IMG/VR virus record: IMGVR_UViG_3300044837_000085 | Location: 1 to 64,000 of that record | Direction: 5' to 3' (one strand) | DNA: 64,000 nt | From: a virus | Shown here: in pieces, positions 1 to 10,322 of the stretch | Position numbering within the stretch: position 1 is the first letter of the stretch | Layout of the letters: each line of letters opens with the position of its first letter | Program-made: the position numbers and the translations under genes | The notes under the pieces: model-generated | Told to the model about the DNA's origin: nothing | Seen by the model: the letters and a program-made list of their open reading frames with translations, nothing else | Databases searched by the model: none

Positions 1-448
1 GTAGAAGCTCCCCCAAGGTCAGTAAGACTGACCATACCCCCCATGCCTTTGATGTTGCTGGTTTTATTCGCCCATTTCGCAACAGCGAATAGCGTCTAAC
101 TGCGCGTTCAATGGCTTAGCTTTCCGCATTGCAATGCGCCGCAATAGCCTGGCCTTGCCACCGTCATTGCTCGAGCTCGAGCGCCGGGCGCTATCATCTC
201 CGAACAACGCTGCAGCTATTGCCGCTTCGCATTCGATATCGAACCTTGAACGGAACGGGATGATATCGGCCGACATGCTACCGTCCCAAAAGCAAACCCG
301 CCGAGCTGTTAGCTGGCGGGTTGCGGTCACACTTCTAAGTATGCCTGACAGATGTTGCTAACCGTCACGCTTAGTCAATAGGGCGTGGTCTAGGGATAGT
401 GGTTATTCACAGGGTACACACAAGCGCAAACCGCGAACTGCAAACCTA

Positions 449-763
449 TTTCCTTTCCATAATAGAAAGCCTAGATATGAGGGATGGATATGCTGGCACC
501 TAGAAAGCGCAGAGTTGGGCGCCCGTCGCTCAATGAGCCTAGGGCGCCACGTATGACCGCGCGCCAGTTTAACGCATGGCAAGCCACGCTAGGGCTAACA
601 GACAGCCAGGCAGCGCGACACCTGGGCACGTCACCTAGCACCATTGCCCGATACCGATCCGCCGGCGGTCCTGCTTTGCTAGGGCTGGCTTGCGCTGCAG
701 TTGCGGCCGGATTGTCTAGCTGGAACAATGCCAAATAGTTCCCTTTCTATAATGGAAAGGAAA
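449..763. promoter_or_regulatory. pair of palindromic operator-like sites flanking the HTH gene
   Basis: tttcctttccataatagaaag (449-469) and ctttctataatggaaaggaaa (743-763) are reverse complements with one mismatch; each contains ctttc-N7-gaaag. Confidence 0.5.
484..738 (+). CDS. small HTH DNA-binding protein
   Basis: LGLTDSQAARHLGTSPSTIARY helix-turn-helix pattern; flanked by 21-bp inverted repeats. Confidence 0.7.
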   Translation: MDMLAPRKRRVGRPSLNEPRAPRMTARQFNAWQATLGLTDSQAARHLGTSPSTIARYRSAGGPALLGLACAAVAAGLSSWNNAK

Positions 764-887
764 TTAGAGAGGTTCTAAACATTTTCTTTCTATTTTGGCA
801 AACTAACTATTGCATCCCGCATTTAAGGGAGTAGATTGCACCTATCGAAACCGCGCGAACGTGCGCAACGGAATAAGGGAACCGGCC

Positions 888-1019
888 ATGATTGAACTCG
901 CAATCACTCTCTTGATTATCGCTGCAGGCTTAGGCTTTTGGCTTGGCGATATCCGCGCGACTCGCAAATGGCAGAATGAAGCCATGGCGCGGAACGCTGT
1001 TCTCTCTATTCGCCACTAG
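888..1019 (+). CDS. small membrane protein
   Basis: ATG after aaggga RBS; hydrophobic N-terminus. Confidence 0.55.
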   Translation: MIELAITLLIIAAGLGFWLGDIRATRKWQNEAMARNAVLSIRH

Positions 1020-1065
1020 ATCAATCAACGCGCGATTGTGCGCAACGGAAACAGGAATGCCGAAC

Positions 1066-1548
1066 ATGAAACGAGCAAAGACACATTATGCGGAGCGCGG
1101 CGCATTCAGGATTGAGGGCGCAAGCAAGAGCGAAGCGAAAGCCAATCTTGATTCCGCACTAGACTGGATTTGCGAACAACCATCTTCCTTAGTCGAGACA
1201 CGTTTCGGCCTAGTGTTGTTCGTTTCCGCAACCCTTTATGGCTACGAAACGCGCGTGATAGATCCCGCAGAGTTGGACCATGGCAAGCGTTTCTATTCTT
1301 CGTGCCAATATGGGCGCGGAACGTTTGCCGATATGGTGCAACACGTTCGCAACCATGCGGCGCAATACGCTTGGAAAGCGGAAACGTCCGATGATTCCGC
1401 ATTCGTCGCAATGACCGGATTGAATGCCGATAAGGCAAATGATCTGGCGCGATGGATCAAGTTTCAGCGTTCTTACATCGAATTCAGATCGGCCGGGCAT
1501 ACGCCTAACGAGTGCCATCGTTTGGCTTGTGAAGCCTCTTACAACTAG
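1066..1548 (+). CDS. hypothetical phage early protein
   Basis: ORF with agga RBS and upstream hairpin motif. Confidence 0.65.
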   Translation: MKRAKTHYAERGAFRIEGASKSEAKANLDSALDWICEQPSSLVETRFGLVLFVSATLYGYETRVIDPAELDHGKRFYSSCQYGRGTFADMVQHVRNHAAQYAWKAETSDDSAFVAMTGLNADKANDLARWIKFQRSYIEFRSAGHTPNECHRLACEASYN

Positions 1549-1559
1549 GGATTCGGGCA

Positions 1560-1862
1560 ATGCGCACAATTTCCACACTTGAGCCGACTCGTTATGAAAT
1601 TACTGCGCGTCACGTTGACGGCCGCGCCTTCCTGATCTGCTATGCGGGCGGGAGTCCGTCGCGCCAGCGTCTATTGCGCGCGCTGCAGTCTAAGGGCGAT
1701 TGCATCATTTCCAAATGCGGCATTGGCGCGGACGATATCATGACGTTTGCCACGAAACCGCGCCCTAGCGCGACCATTGCCGGATGGACTCTCGCCTATA
1801 CCGGCAGAACGCAACGCGACGTTAGATCGTGCGGTTCGGAACTTGAGTTTATCGCAATCTAA
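1560..1862 (+). CDS. hypothetical phage early protein
   Basis: ORF with RBS, operon context. Confidence 0.6.
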   Translation: MRTISTLEPTRYEITARHVDGRAFLICYAGGSPSRQRLLRALQSKGDCIISKCGIGADDIMTFATKPRPSATIAGWTLAYTGRTQRDVRSCGSELEFIAI

Positions 1863-2008
1863 ACCGGCAATCATGCCAAACCAAAAGGACTAACGCCATG
1901 TCTGCCAAGTATCGTTCCCACAAGTATGACCGCAAGCGAATCCGTCGCACGATTGCGCGGTATGGGAAGTTTGCTTTCCTGAATTCCAACCAATAGGGAG
2001 TCGGGACA

Positions 2009-2278
2009 ATGCGTTACCGTTGCGACACCAAAGAGGTTCAAGCGGACGGTTCGATAGCCTGGTTTGCAAAATGGCTTGGCGGACCTAGTCTTGCCAAGAT
2101 CGAGAATTGCCAGCTCGCAAATCTTGCTGGCGATATGCGCCGCACCGTGACGATAACCGGCGAGCCGGACACTTACTTTTCACAACCGGCCGAATGTAGC
2201 ATCGCCGGTTGTAAGGTCCGGGGATATGTGACCGGGGACGATTCCGGGAACCTCGTTTTCCGCCAAGTCTATTATTGA
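2009..2278 (+). CDS. hypothetical phage early protein
   Basis: ORF with agggag RBS. Confidence 0.65.
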   Translation: MRYRCDTKEVQADGSIAWFAKWLGGPSLAKIENCQLANLAGDMRRTVTITGEPDTYFSQPAECSIAGCKVRGYVTGDDSGNLVFRQVYY

Positions 2279-2447
2279 GGGAGTCCGCGCCATGAACCGC
2301 TATTCCGCAAGGCTTAGAGTCTCCCGCATTAGGACGTTGCGCGTTTTGCGACGAATGAACCGAGTCGCGTTTATGGAGTCGCTCCGATGAAACGCAAAAC
2401 CGCAACTATCAAAGACCGCAATGAGCTATTCCATGCCTATCCGGTTA

Positions 2448-3494
2448 TCACCCATGATCGCTAACCCTAGGGTGTTCCCATTCGCCGCTGTAAAGTTCGT
2501 CATAGGTCGGGCTCTCATTTCCCGCGCCGATTCCGAGCAGCGAACGGAACGCGTTGAACGGGTAGAACCGACGATTAAACCGGAAGGTAAATTCGTTGAG
2601 GTAGGCTTGCAGGTGTTGCGGGCTGATCGCGCCGTGATGGGTGCCCTGCAGCCAAGCTTTGAGGTTGCTGAAAACAAGGTGGACGATGGGCAGGTATTCT
2701 TCTGCGACTTCCGGGTCGCCAGCTTCGACCACGGGAAGGTGATCAAATCCCCGCTTGGCGAGTGTCGCGTAGCTCGGCGCGGCATCGGTCACCACCATCG
2801 CGCCGGGCGCAACGGCGGCTTCGACGAAACCGACCAAAGACTTAGCCGTCCGGTCCGGGATGACTTCCATCCGCAGCCGTCCTGCGTAGCGCCCGCCCCG
2901 CCGCGTTGGCTTGTCGCCTTTCTTTGGTGGATGGGTGCGAACTTCGACGGCGGCGATCACAATCGACTTATCCTCGGCATGGGTGCCGCGCCCTTCACCA
3001 CGGATCGAGCCGCCGATGTAGGTTTCGTCAACCTCGACGTGATCGCGAACGCCGATAGCGCCGCCGATACGGTCCCGGCCTTGGCGGACCATTCCGGCGC
3101 GCAGCTTGTGCAAAATCTGGAAGGCGGTCTCATATCGCGAGAGGCCAAGCTGCCTCTGGAATTGCATAGCCGAAAAGCCCGGCGTCATACTGGAAACGAG
3201 ATAAGCGCCCCAAAACCACGTCGTCAGGGGCGTTCGGGTGCGTTCCATCACAGTCCCGGCCGTCAGAGCCGTGTCCTGCCTGCATGCCCTACAACGCAGA
3301 ACGCCGGGGCGGGCGGCGAACCGATACGGCTCGCCTTTGGCGTCGCACGATGCGCAGACGAATCCTTTTTGCCACCGCACGCGCTCCAGGTAGGCGGCGC
3401 AAGCGGCGTCGTCCGGGAACAGCTTTTGGAAGCTGGGCAGGGATTTGGGGAACGGCAGATGTTCCCATTTGAGTACGTCGGCATAGGGAGGCAT
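2448..3494 (-). CDS. IS1595-family (ISXO2-like) DDE transposase
   Basis: N-terminal Zn ribbon (CASC..CRAC), VEVDETYIGG, VVTD, HLQAYLNEFTFRFNRR. Confidence 0.95.
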   Translation of the reverse strand: MPPYADVLKWEHLPFPKSLPSFQKLFPDDAACAAYLERVRWQKGFVCASCDAKGEPYRFAARPGVLRCRACRQDTALTAGTVMERTRTPLTTWFWGAYLVSSMTPGFSAMQFQRQLGLSRYETAFQILHKLRAGMVRQGRDRIGGAIGVRDHVEVDETYIGGSIRGEGRGTHAEDKSIVIAAVEVRTHPPKKGDKPTRRGGRYAGRLRMEVIPDRTAKSLVGFVEAAVAPGAMVVTDAAPSYATLAKRGFDHLPVVEAGDPEVAEEYLPIVHLVFSNLKAWLQGTHHGAISPQHLQAYLNEFTFRFNRRFYPFNAFRSLLGIGAGNESPTYDELYSGEWEHPRVSDHG

Positions 3495-3497
3495 GGC

Positions 3498-3731
3498 TCA
3501 GTTCATCCCGAGTTTACGGAGACACGTCGCGCACTTGGCCTCGATAAACAGGTCCAAGCCCCAGCCGTAAGCCGGGCGAAGCCCACAAGCCGCCGCCCGA
3601 GGTCCGATGCCCAAAAACGTATCATCATTGTCAGCGTTAACGGCGTGCAATCTCCAGCCGCGCTGGCCCGCGTCGAAGCCCGTCGCCGGGCTCCGGGGGT
3701 TGGGGGCTGTCGTGAGCCATTGGATTTTCAC
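3498..3731 (-). CDS. IS passenger hypothetical protein
   Basis: ORF in operon upstream of transposase. Confidence 0.6.
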   Translation of the reverse strand: MKIQWLTTAPNPRSPATGFDAGQRGWRLHAVNADNDDTFLGIGPRAAACGLRPAYGWGLDLFIEAKCATCLRKLGMN

Positions 3732-3734
3732 GGC

Positions 3735-3950
3735 TCAGCCCTCCCTTCCGTAAAGTTCGTCAACCAGTTCCGCGCCCTTCCAAATCTGGACCTTGACGAT
3801 CCGGCTGGAGGCTTCGTTCGCCACGCGCTCTTCTTCGCTCATCATGTACTTAGCCCGCTGCTTTGCTTCCTTGATCGTGTCCGCGCTGGACTCGGCGTCA
3901 TATCCGGTCTCGGCGTTGCGGTTTGTGTAGCCTTCGAGGCGGTAGGTCAT
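3735..3950 (-). CDS. IS passenger hypothetical protein
   Basis: ORF with ggag RBS, downstream of TTGACA-N17-CATATA promoter-like site near 3985-4013. Confidence 0.65.
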   Translation of the reverse strand: MTYRLEGYTNRNAETGYDAESSADTIKEAKQRAKYMMSEEERVANEASSRIVKVQIWKGAELVDELYGREG

Positions 3951-4274
3951 CTGTCGTCTCCGTGGTTGGCGTTTCGATGGACCTTATATGCCACGTCTAA
4001 CTGTGGGTGTCAACCGGATAGGATGCAGAAAGATGAAAATATATTTAGGGGGTGTAGGCGACAACCGGATAGGCATGAGCTATTCGACCGATTAAAGAAT
4101 TGCGGAACCCTGATTATGCATCAGGGTCACAAGCTGGAAACGGCCGCGCGTGAATTTGAAGCGGAAGGATTGGCGACGATAGCCGAGACTTCGCATTTTC
4201 AGCGTGACGCTTTGAGAATTGAACGGGCTTGGAAGTAACCCGCGCTATTGTGCGCAATGCAAAGGAATAGAGCT

Positions 4275-4680
4275 ATGTGTCGATCACAGCAAACCGAAAT
4301 GTTTCGTTTCGAGACCGCTAACTTTATCGTTCGCGCTACTATTCAAGAGGACTCGGATTGCGATTTGTCTTTTGACGAAACCGGCGAAACGCGGGAAAAT
4401 ATCGAGTCCGGCGAGTGGCAATGTTTTGGAACCGTGGTCACGGTTTCGCATAAGGGAATTGAACTTGGCGAGGACTCGCTATGGGGTTCGATCTATGCAT
4501 GCCGAACCGCGCGACTTTTTCCGGGAACATATCGGCCTAGTTGCAAAGTCGCGCGCCGATGGCCGGAATTATGGCTGTTACTTTCCCGGTATGGTCAGAG
4601 AGGCAATCGCGCAAGCTCGCAAGGCGATTGCGACCATGCCAAAGGTTAGGGAGTTGAATATCAGGGAGTCCGGACAATGA
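4275..4680 (+). pseudogene. phage hypothetical protein, frameshifted near 4500
   Basis: ...EDSLWGSIYA in one frame continues as EPRDFFREHIG... in another. Confidence 0.55.
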
Positions 4681-5030
4681 CCGGCTTTTCCGTTACCTTT
4701 GAACGCTACTTTCCCCATGACGACTCGGAAGATATTTGCGAGCCGGACGAACGCGGATTCGTGATTGAAAACGTTTCGTTGAGAGATGCAATGCGCCTTG
4801 GGTTGGAATATCGGGAACCGTCATGGTCCGGACCTTGCGAGCCGGATTCCTATCCTTCGCGGAATGTCCGATGGTTAACGTTCTATGATTGGAACGTTTG
4901 TTCGCGGGACGATATGGAGCGCGGGATAAAGGAATATCGCGCGTTACATTTCCCGCGCCACCTTACCGAATCGTCCCGCTTGCGTATCTGCCGATTGTTT
5001 GGCGCATACGGCGCAACTCGAAAGGATTGA
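4677..5030 (+). CDS. hypothetical phage protein
   Basis: ORF with agggag RBS. Confidence 0.65.
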   Translation: MTGFSVTFERYFPHDDSEDICEPDERGFVIENVSLRDAMRLGLEYREPSWSGPCEPDSYPSRNVRWLTFYDWNVCSRDDMERGIKEYRALHFPRHLTESSRLRICRLFGAYGATRKD

Positions 5031-5032
5031 CC

Positions 5033-5395
5033 ATGCCCGAATTCATTCTTGACCACGGATCTGCCGAAACCGCGAAACAATTCGACGCGCTCGACTCCTT
5101 TACGCAAGGTTACATTGAGGCTTTGTTTTTCACTGACGAGGAGCAATTGTGCGAAGAGTCCGGCGGGGAAATGCCGAACGTGGCAATCGACCTGGAAACG
5201 ATGGAGTCGCGATTTGTCGGCGGGGACTCTCCGGGCTTTGGCGATTTAGCGGCCGAAACGCTGGCGCAGATCATAACCGATTGTCAGGCGTTCCAGTCTC
5301 GAAACGTCCAATTGCTGACAATGGCCTATTCCCGCGACTATGACGCGGCGCAAGCCGGGCGCGATTTTTGGTATACGCGCAACGGGCGGCGTTAG
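5033..5395 (+). CDS. hypothetical phage protein, probably 3'-truncated
   Basis: ends abruptly at AGRDFWYTRNG; aagga RBS. Confidence 0.55.
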   Translation: MPEFILDHGSAETAKQFDALDSFTQGYIEALFFTDEEQLCEESGGEMPNVAIDLETMESRFVGGDSPGFGDLAAETLAQIITDCQAFQSRNVQLLTMAYSRDYDAAQAGRDFWYTRNGRR

Positions 5396-5626
5396 TCACG
5401 AATGCGCCGGAGCTCTGCAGGCCGACAACGATCAAGCCGTATGCGGTTCCAGCACGTCGCGCGACTATCTCCGCGACCGTTGCACCCGAATAAGCGAGGA
5501 TTTGGCGCGCAAGCTGCACCCTGCCCTATTCCGCTATCTCAAAGCGGGTTAGGCGGGACCACGGGGCCAGATGAAATTGATCCTGCTACCATCGCAATTC
5601 TGCGAAACATGAAAGGAAAATTGAAT

Positions 5627-6577
5627 ATGGGTTACACTCATTATTTTCAGCAAAACCGCAACTTCACTAAGGCAGAATGGGAAATTGTTTCGGCCGATCT
5701 AAAGGCCATCGTTGACTACGCGCAACACGAATGCGGGATTCCGCTTGCCGGTGGTAGCGGCGAGGGCGGGACTACGCCCGAATTCGCCGGTAGCGTCATT
5801 TCGTTTAATGGCGTTGGCGATGACGCGCACGAAACTTTTATTATTCAGCGCGTTCGCGTTCTCGAAAGCTATCAAACGCCTGATCGCCTTGGTTGGTCGT
5901 TTTGTAAGACCGCGCGCAAGCCTTACGATGACGTTGTGACCGCTTGCCTTTGCTATCTTGGTTCGGTCACGCGCCGCGATTTGAACGGTGAACCTATCCT
6001 GGGGACGGAAGTCTTTAGCTCTAGTTCGGATGGTGACGGTTCCGACTTTCTTAACGGCCTAGACCTTGCGCGCAAGGCGCTACCGCGCGTAGCTAATCAA
6101 CTCGATATTCCCATGCAAGTCATGGAATCTGATCGATGGTGCGCGCCTTGGGTTAACGATACGGCCAAAGGTTACGAAGTGCACTTTTGCGTTGACGGTC
6201 GCGGCTATGTGCTGAAACCGAAAACCGGCGAATCCTATTGCTTCGAGTCGCATGTTGCTTTGGCTCAATTCCTGGAGGGAACGAAGCGCGTTGACTTCAA
6301 ACGAAGTCATATCGTTAGCTGGCATAGTTCATACCGGGAAGATTATCGGATTGAGCCGAATATCTGGAACGCAATGGGTTCATTCGACAAAGCGCGTCAC
6401 GCCCGGATTGCCAAAGCGCAAGCGAAGGTGTTGGCGAAACTGTTCCCCGTTGACCCCGCCTGCAGCCATCAACCGCCAGCCTATGTCCGGCCTGGCGAAA
6501 TGCCGGACAATGCGGGCCGCAAGTTTTGCTATAGTATAGCGGAACTTTTGGCTTCACTCGATACCAAGGCGGCTTAA
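5627..6577 (+). CDS. hypothetical phage protein
   Basis: MGYTHY...FCKTARKPYD phage-type motifs; gaaagga RBS. Confidence 0.75.
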   Translation: MGYTHYFQQNRNFTKAEWEIVSADLKAIVDYAQHECGIPLAGGSGEGGTTPEFAGSVISFNGVGDDAHETFIIQRVRVLESYQTPDRLGWSFCKTARKPYDDVVTACLCYLGSVTRRDLNGEPILGTEVFSSSSDGDGSDFLNGLDLARKALPRVANQLDIPMQVMESDRWCAPWVNDTAKGYEVHFCVDGRGYVLKPKTGESYCFESHVALAQFLEGTKRVDFKRSHIVSWHSSYREDYRIEPNIWNAMGSFDKARHARIAKAQAKVLAKLFPVDPACSHQPPAYVRPGEMPDNAGRKFCYSIAELLASLDTKAA

Positions 6578-6798
6578 CCCCTCATGGGGCCAGAAGACCC
6601 CCTCTAGGGGCCAGATAATTCCAACCATAGGAGAATGAAAATGGAATTCATGGCAAATGTTGATAATCAAATTGCAATTCTCGAGCATAGCGACGACTTG
6701 CGGGACTATGCGGCGAAAGCAGTGTTACGCGAATTGGCTGATTCGTGGCGTGATGCGATGCGCGATGGAACGCCGCCTAGTGAATGCTTGATTGATTT

Positions 6799-7332
6799 TA
6801 TGCTTATCCGGTTAACGCACACAAACGTTGAGGCATACTAGATGTTGAGCAAATCGCAAATCAAACACATGGTGGATCGTTTTCTCGGCTGGAAATTGCC
6901 GGAGAACTTCGCCCCCGATGCAGGGATCAGCTTCAAGCCAGCCTTCAACGAACACACGGCTCACCCGTCCAAGCATGAGCCGTCCGGGACTAACCTGTTC
7001 GACGCCACACAGGCGGACGCGATGGTCCGTTATATGGTCGAGGAAATTCCCTCAAATCCTGATTTCCGATGGCTGATCGAAGCCCCCGGAACGCGCTATC
7101 TCGCGGTCCAGCGGCTTCATATGTCCGACAATTTTGAATGGACCACCGACCACGACAGGGCGCTAGCCTTCCGTTCTAAAGAGCAGGCCGATGCCCTCAT
7201 GATGGCAGTCCGCCAAATGGACCGCACATACGCAGCCGGAGCGCTGTTCGCCTTTGAAATCACACTTGGTAATGCAGCCGCCGTCGAACATGGCTGGATG
7301 TAGTGGCTGTGTGTGACAACCGGATAAGCATA
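6799..7332 (+). mobile_element. non-autonomous IS1595-derived gene cassette 1
   Basis: TIR tatgcttatccggtt / aaccggataagcata; 8-bp TSD attgattt (6791-6798, 7333-7340); no transposase. Confidence 0.9.
6842..7303 (+). CDS. cassette cargo, phage-type hypothetical protein
   Basis: 153-aa ORF filling the cassette; gagg RBS in the left end. Confidence 0.8.
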   Translation: MLSKSQIKHMVDRFLGWKLPENFAPDAGISFKPAFNEHTAHPSKHEPSGTNLFDATQADAMVRYMVEEIPSNPDFRWLIEAPGTRYLAVQRLHMSDNFEWTTDHDRALAFRSKEQADALMMAVRQMDRTYAAGALFAFEITLGNAAAVEHGWM

Positions 7333-7446
7333 ATTGATTTGGATATAGTCATAGCCGCGCTCGTTAATTGCAAGGCGGCTTTATCCTAGACCCTCTTACG
7401 GCTGATTTGTACCCGCGCAATGGTGCGCAACTGAAAGGAAACGAAG

Positions 7447-7851
7447 ATGAAAAAAGAGAATCCTAATAAAGATATGGCGCGGCGTTTGGCCCAAAAGATT
7501 GCAGCAATGTCAGATGCAGAGCGCGCGGAATTCGCCGCGCGTTGTCCGGTTGTTCTGACAATCGATGGCCGGCCGATATCAGGTAAGAATGCCATGCTTG
7601 CGGCGATGCAATGCCAGACTGTGACTATTGTGGGCGGATTCCGGCAATGGCTTGCGGCCGGCCGCGCGGTGCGACAAGGTGAAAAGGGAATTTACATATT
7701 CGTTCCTAGTTCGCGAAAGTCCGAACCTGGGGCGGACGCTGGCGCGGAAGGCGCGGCCGATAGCGGCGAGTCCATCCGGTTCCTAATGGCTGCAGTCTTT
7801 GACGTTTCGCAAACGGACGCGGTAGAGATCGAAACAGCTAACGCGGCGTAA
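7447..7851 (+). CDS. ArdC-like N-terminal ssDNA-binding domain protein (anti-restriction)
   Basis: GGFRQWLAAGRAVRQGEKGIYI...VFDVSQTD matches the ArdC N-terminal signature. Confidence 0.8.
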   Translation: MKKENPNKDMARRLAQKIAAMSDAERAEFAARCPVVLTIDGRPISGKNAMLAAMQCQTVTIVGGFRQWLAAGRAVRQGEKGIYIFVPSSRKSEPGADAGAEGAADSGESIRFLMAAVFDVSQTDAVEIETANAA

Positions 7852-7940
7852 CCCCTGTTTACGGCTGATTTTGTTACCCCGGCTTACGACTGATTCCAAA
7901 CCGCGCATACTGCGCAACTGAAAGAGGAGATTCGCATACC

Positions 7941-9870
7941 ATGACAACATACACCGCGACCTATTCGCCCGATGATAACAAGCTGCGGCTTTATGCGAGT
8001 TCGCGACTTGACAAAGAAACCTATGACCGCGTGAAAGCGGCCGGTTTCAAATGGGCACCTAAGCAAGATCTGTTCGTTGCGCCGATGTGGACTCCGCAAC
8101 GGGAAGATTTGTTGATTGAACTCGCCGGCGAAATTGGCGACGAGGACACAAGCTTGTGTGACCGCGCAGAAGAACGCGCCGACCGTTTCGAGGTTTACGG
8201 GGAAAAGCGCCTGGCCGATGCAGAACGCGCCCGCAATGCCGTTGCGGCGATTGCGGACAATATCCCGTTTGGTCAACCGATTCTGGTTGGTCATCATTCC
8301 GAACGGCACGCGCGCCGCGATGCTGAAAAGATCGAAAACGGAATGAGGAAAGCCGTCAAGATGTGGCAGACGTCGAAATATTGGGAAAGCCGCGCGGCCG
8401 GCGCGTTGCGTCATGCCAAATATAAAGAACTCCCGGCCGTTCGCGCCAGGCGGATTAAGACCATTGAAGCGGAGAAGCGGAAAGTCGAGCGAAGCAAAGC
8501 TAATGCCTTAAAGCAGATCAAGGCGTGGCAGATCGTTGCCGGGATCAATGACCCTGACAAGCAGCGCGCGGCCGGATTGGCCGTCGCCAATTGCGCTGAC
8601 TATTGGTCGCTTTCATTCCCTCTAGCCAAGTATCCGCGCAACCCGCCAGCCTCGCAATATGAGGGGCCTATGGGACTTTGGTCCGCAATCGACGGGGGAG
8701 TCATCACGGCGGCACAAGCCGCAGAGATTGCTATCCCGGCTTATGAGAGATCGTTGCCACGTCAAGACCGCTGGTTAGAGCATTACGAAAACCGCCTGGT
8801 TTACGAACGGGCAATGCTCGACGAGGCCGGGGCGTCGCACCTCTTTTTTGGCACCAAAGCCGCGCCGCGAACTTGCGCCGCTTCTGAACTACCGCGCGGA
8901 AGGCGGTTCGATCACCACCGAAAACCAGTGGAACCGGGGAACGCTGATAACCTATCCGCAGATTGACATGACGAAAGCCGAATATGCGGCAATAAATGTT
9001 GACTACAAAGGCGCGCGATTGAGCCAGGATAAGACACACCGATTCCGAACCGCGATGCGCAAGCATAGCTTGGTTGCCGTATTCTTGACTGATAGCAAGG
9101 TTCACGAATTGCCAACCAAGCCCGAACCGGCCGTGCCGTCCGATGATGTGGCCGAAAGCCTGGCGGATCTCGACGCCGCCGATGATGCAGCCAAGGCGGC
9201 CGAGCTCACAGCCGAACCGGAAGCCGATCCCGTGGCCGTCGCGCTGGCGCTGGCCGATCAAATAGCCGCACCCGTGGTTACGGCTGATTTGCCAGACCCC
9301 TCGCCTACGGCTGATTTTGAGGCGATGGCGGCCACGCTACGGAATGGCGGCGTCAAGGTGGTATCTGCGCCGCAACTATTCCCGACGCCGCAGCCGCTTG
9401 CGGAATTGGCGGCCGAGATAGCCGACCTGCAGCCCGGCCATAGGCTCTTGGAACCGAGCGCCGGCACCGGCTCATTGCTCGACGTCGCGCGCCGTTCGGT
9501 TGACGGTAGCCTTGACGTTGTGGCGGTTGAGATCAGTTATGCACTTGCGGACGGCTTGGCCAGGCGCTTTCCTAGCGTGACCGTCATCAATGCGGACTTT
9601 CTCGACATGGCCGGTGCTGCTACCCCTAACGCCAAGTTTGACCGGATCTTGATGAACCCGCCTTTCGTCAACGGCGCGGACATCAAGCATATCGAGCACG
9701 CCCGCAAACTCCTAAAGCCAGGCGGCCGGCTTGTGGCGATCTGTGCAGATGGCCCGCGCCAGCGTGAACGATTGCAGCCGATCGCGTCCGAATGGCGCAG
9801 CCTGCCGGCCGGCACGTTCAAGGACTCCGGAACAATGGTCAATACCGCCTTGCTCGTCATTGACGGGTGA
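7941..9870 (+). CDS. DUF3560-domain / SAM-dependent methyltransferase fusion, frameshifted in T-run near 8844-8849
   Basis: GQPILVGHHSERHARR (DUF3560); LFPTP, LEPSAGTG, MNPPF methyltransferase motifs. Confidence 0.8.
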
Positions 9871-10322
9871 GGCTCTACCCCCTCACGGGGCCAGATAGTC
9901 CCCATGGGGCCAGAACGGCCATGGGGCCAGAAGAAGGATTCCGATCTGCGAATTTTCGCAAACAGAAAGGACAATGCGCCATGAGAATCTGGAGGATCTA
10001 TTGCCACCTCGCAGACGAGCGACCGCACAAACGATGGCCGGTCAAGGGCACTAGGGGAAAGACCTATGCCGAACTCCTGGCTATTGTGATGCAGATGAAC
10101 GTCAATCCGGATGGTGAACGGTTCTTTATCGGATAACCCCACGGGGCCAGACGGGTAATTTTGAGGAGGATACAAATTGAGTTTTTTCAGAAGGAAACCT
10201 GCGGCATTAGGTAGCAAACTCACCAAATCCAAATACGACAGAATTGTTGACCATTTCCAAACTCTTGGAAGGGTTGCGAAGCTATTCTCACAAGCCCTTG
10301 CCAAACACTTGGGAGTAGCCTA

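Larger units (their letters stand above)
2432..4077 (-). mobile_element. IS1595-family element with two passenger genes
   Basis: TIR catgcctatccggtt / aaccggataggcatg; 8-bp TSD agctattc (2424-2431, 4078-4085). Confidence 0.93.
2387..4238 (+). pseudogene. small phage gene interrupted by IS1595 element
   Basis: MKRKTATIKDRNELF (2387-2431) rejoins DRLKNCG...IERAWK* when 2432-4085 is removed. Confidence 0.75.
6635..7389 (+). pseudogene. small gene interrupted by non-autonomous cassette
   Basis: ...PPSECLID rejoins LDIVIAALVNCKAALS* after removing 6799-7340. Confidence 0.7.

Noticed and set aside
403-411. DnaA-box-like TTATTCACA (and tgtggatag near 12397) as an origin
   Set aside because: Isolated single boxes without clustering
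2421-4238. 605-aa + strand ORF
   Set aside because: Antisense shadow of the IS transposase and passengers, read through into the interrupted gene
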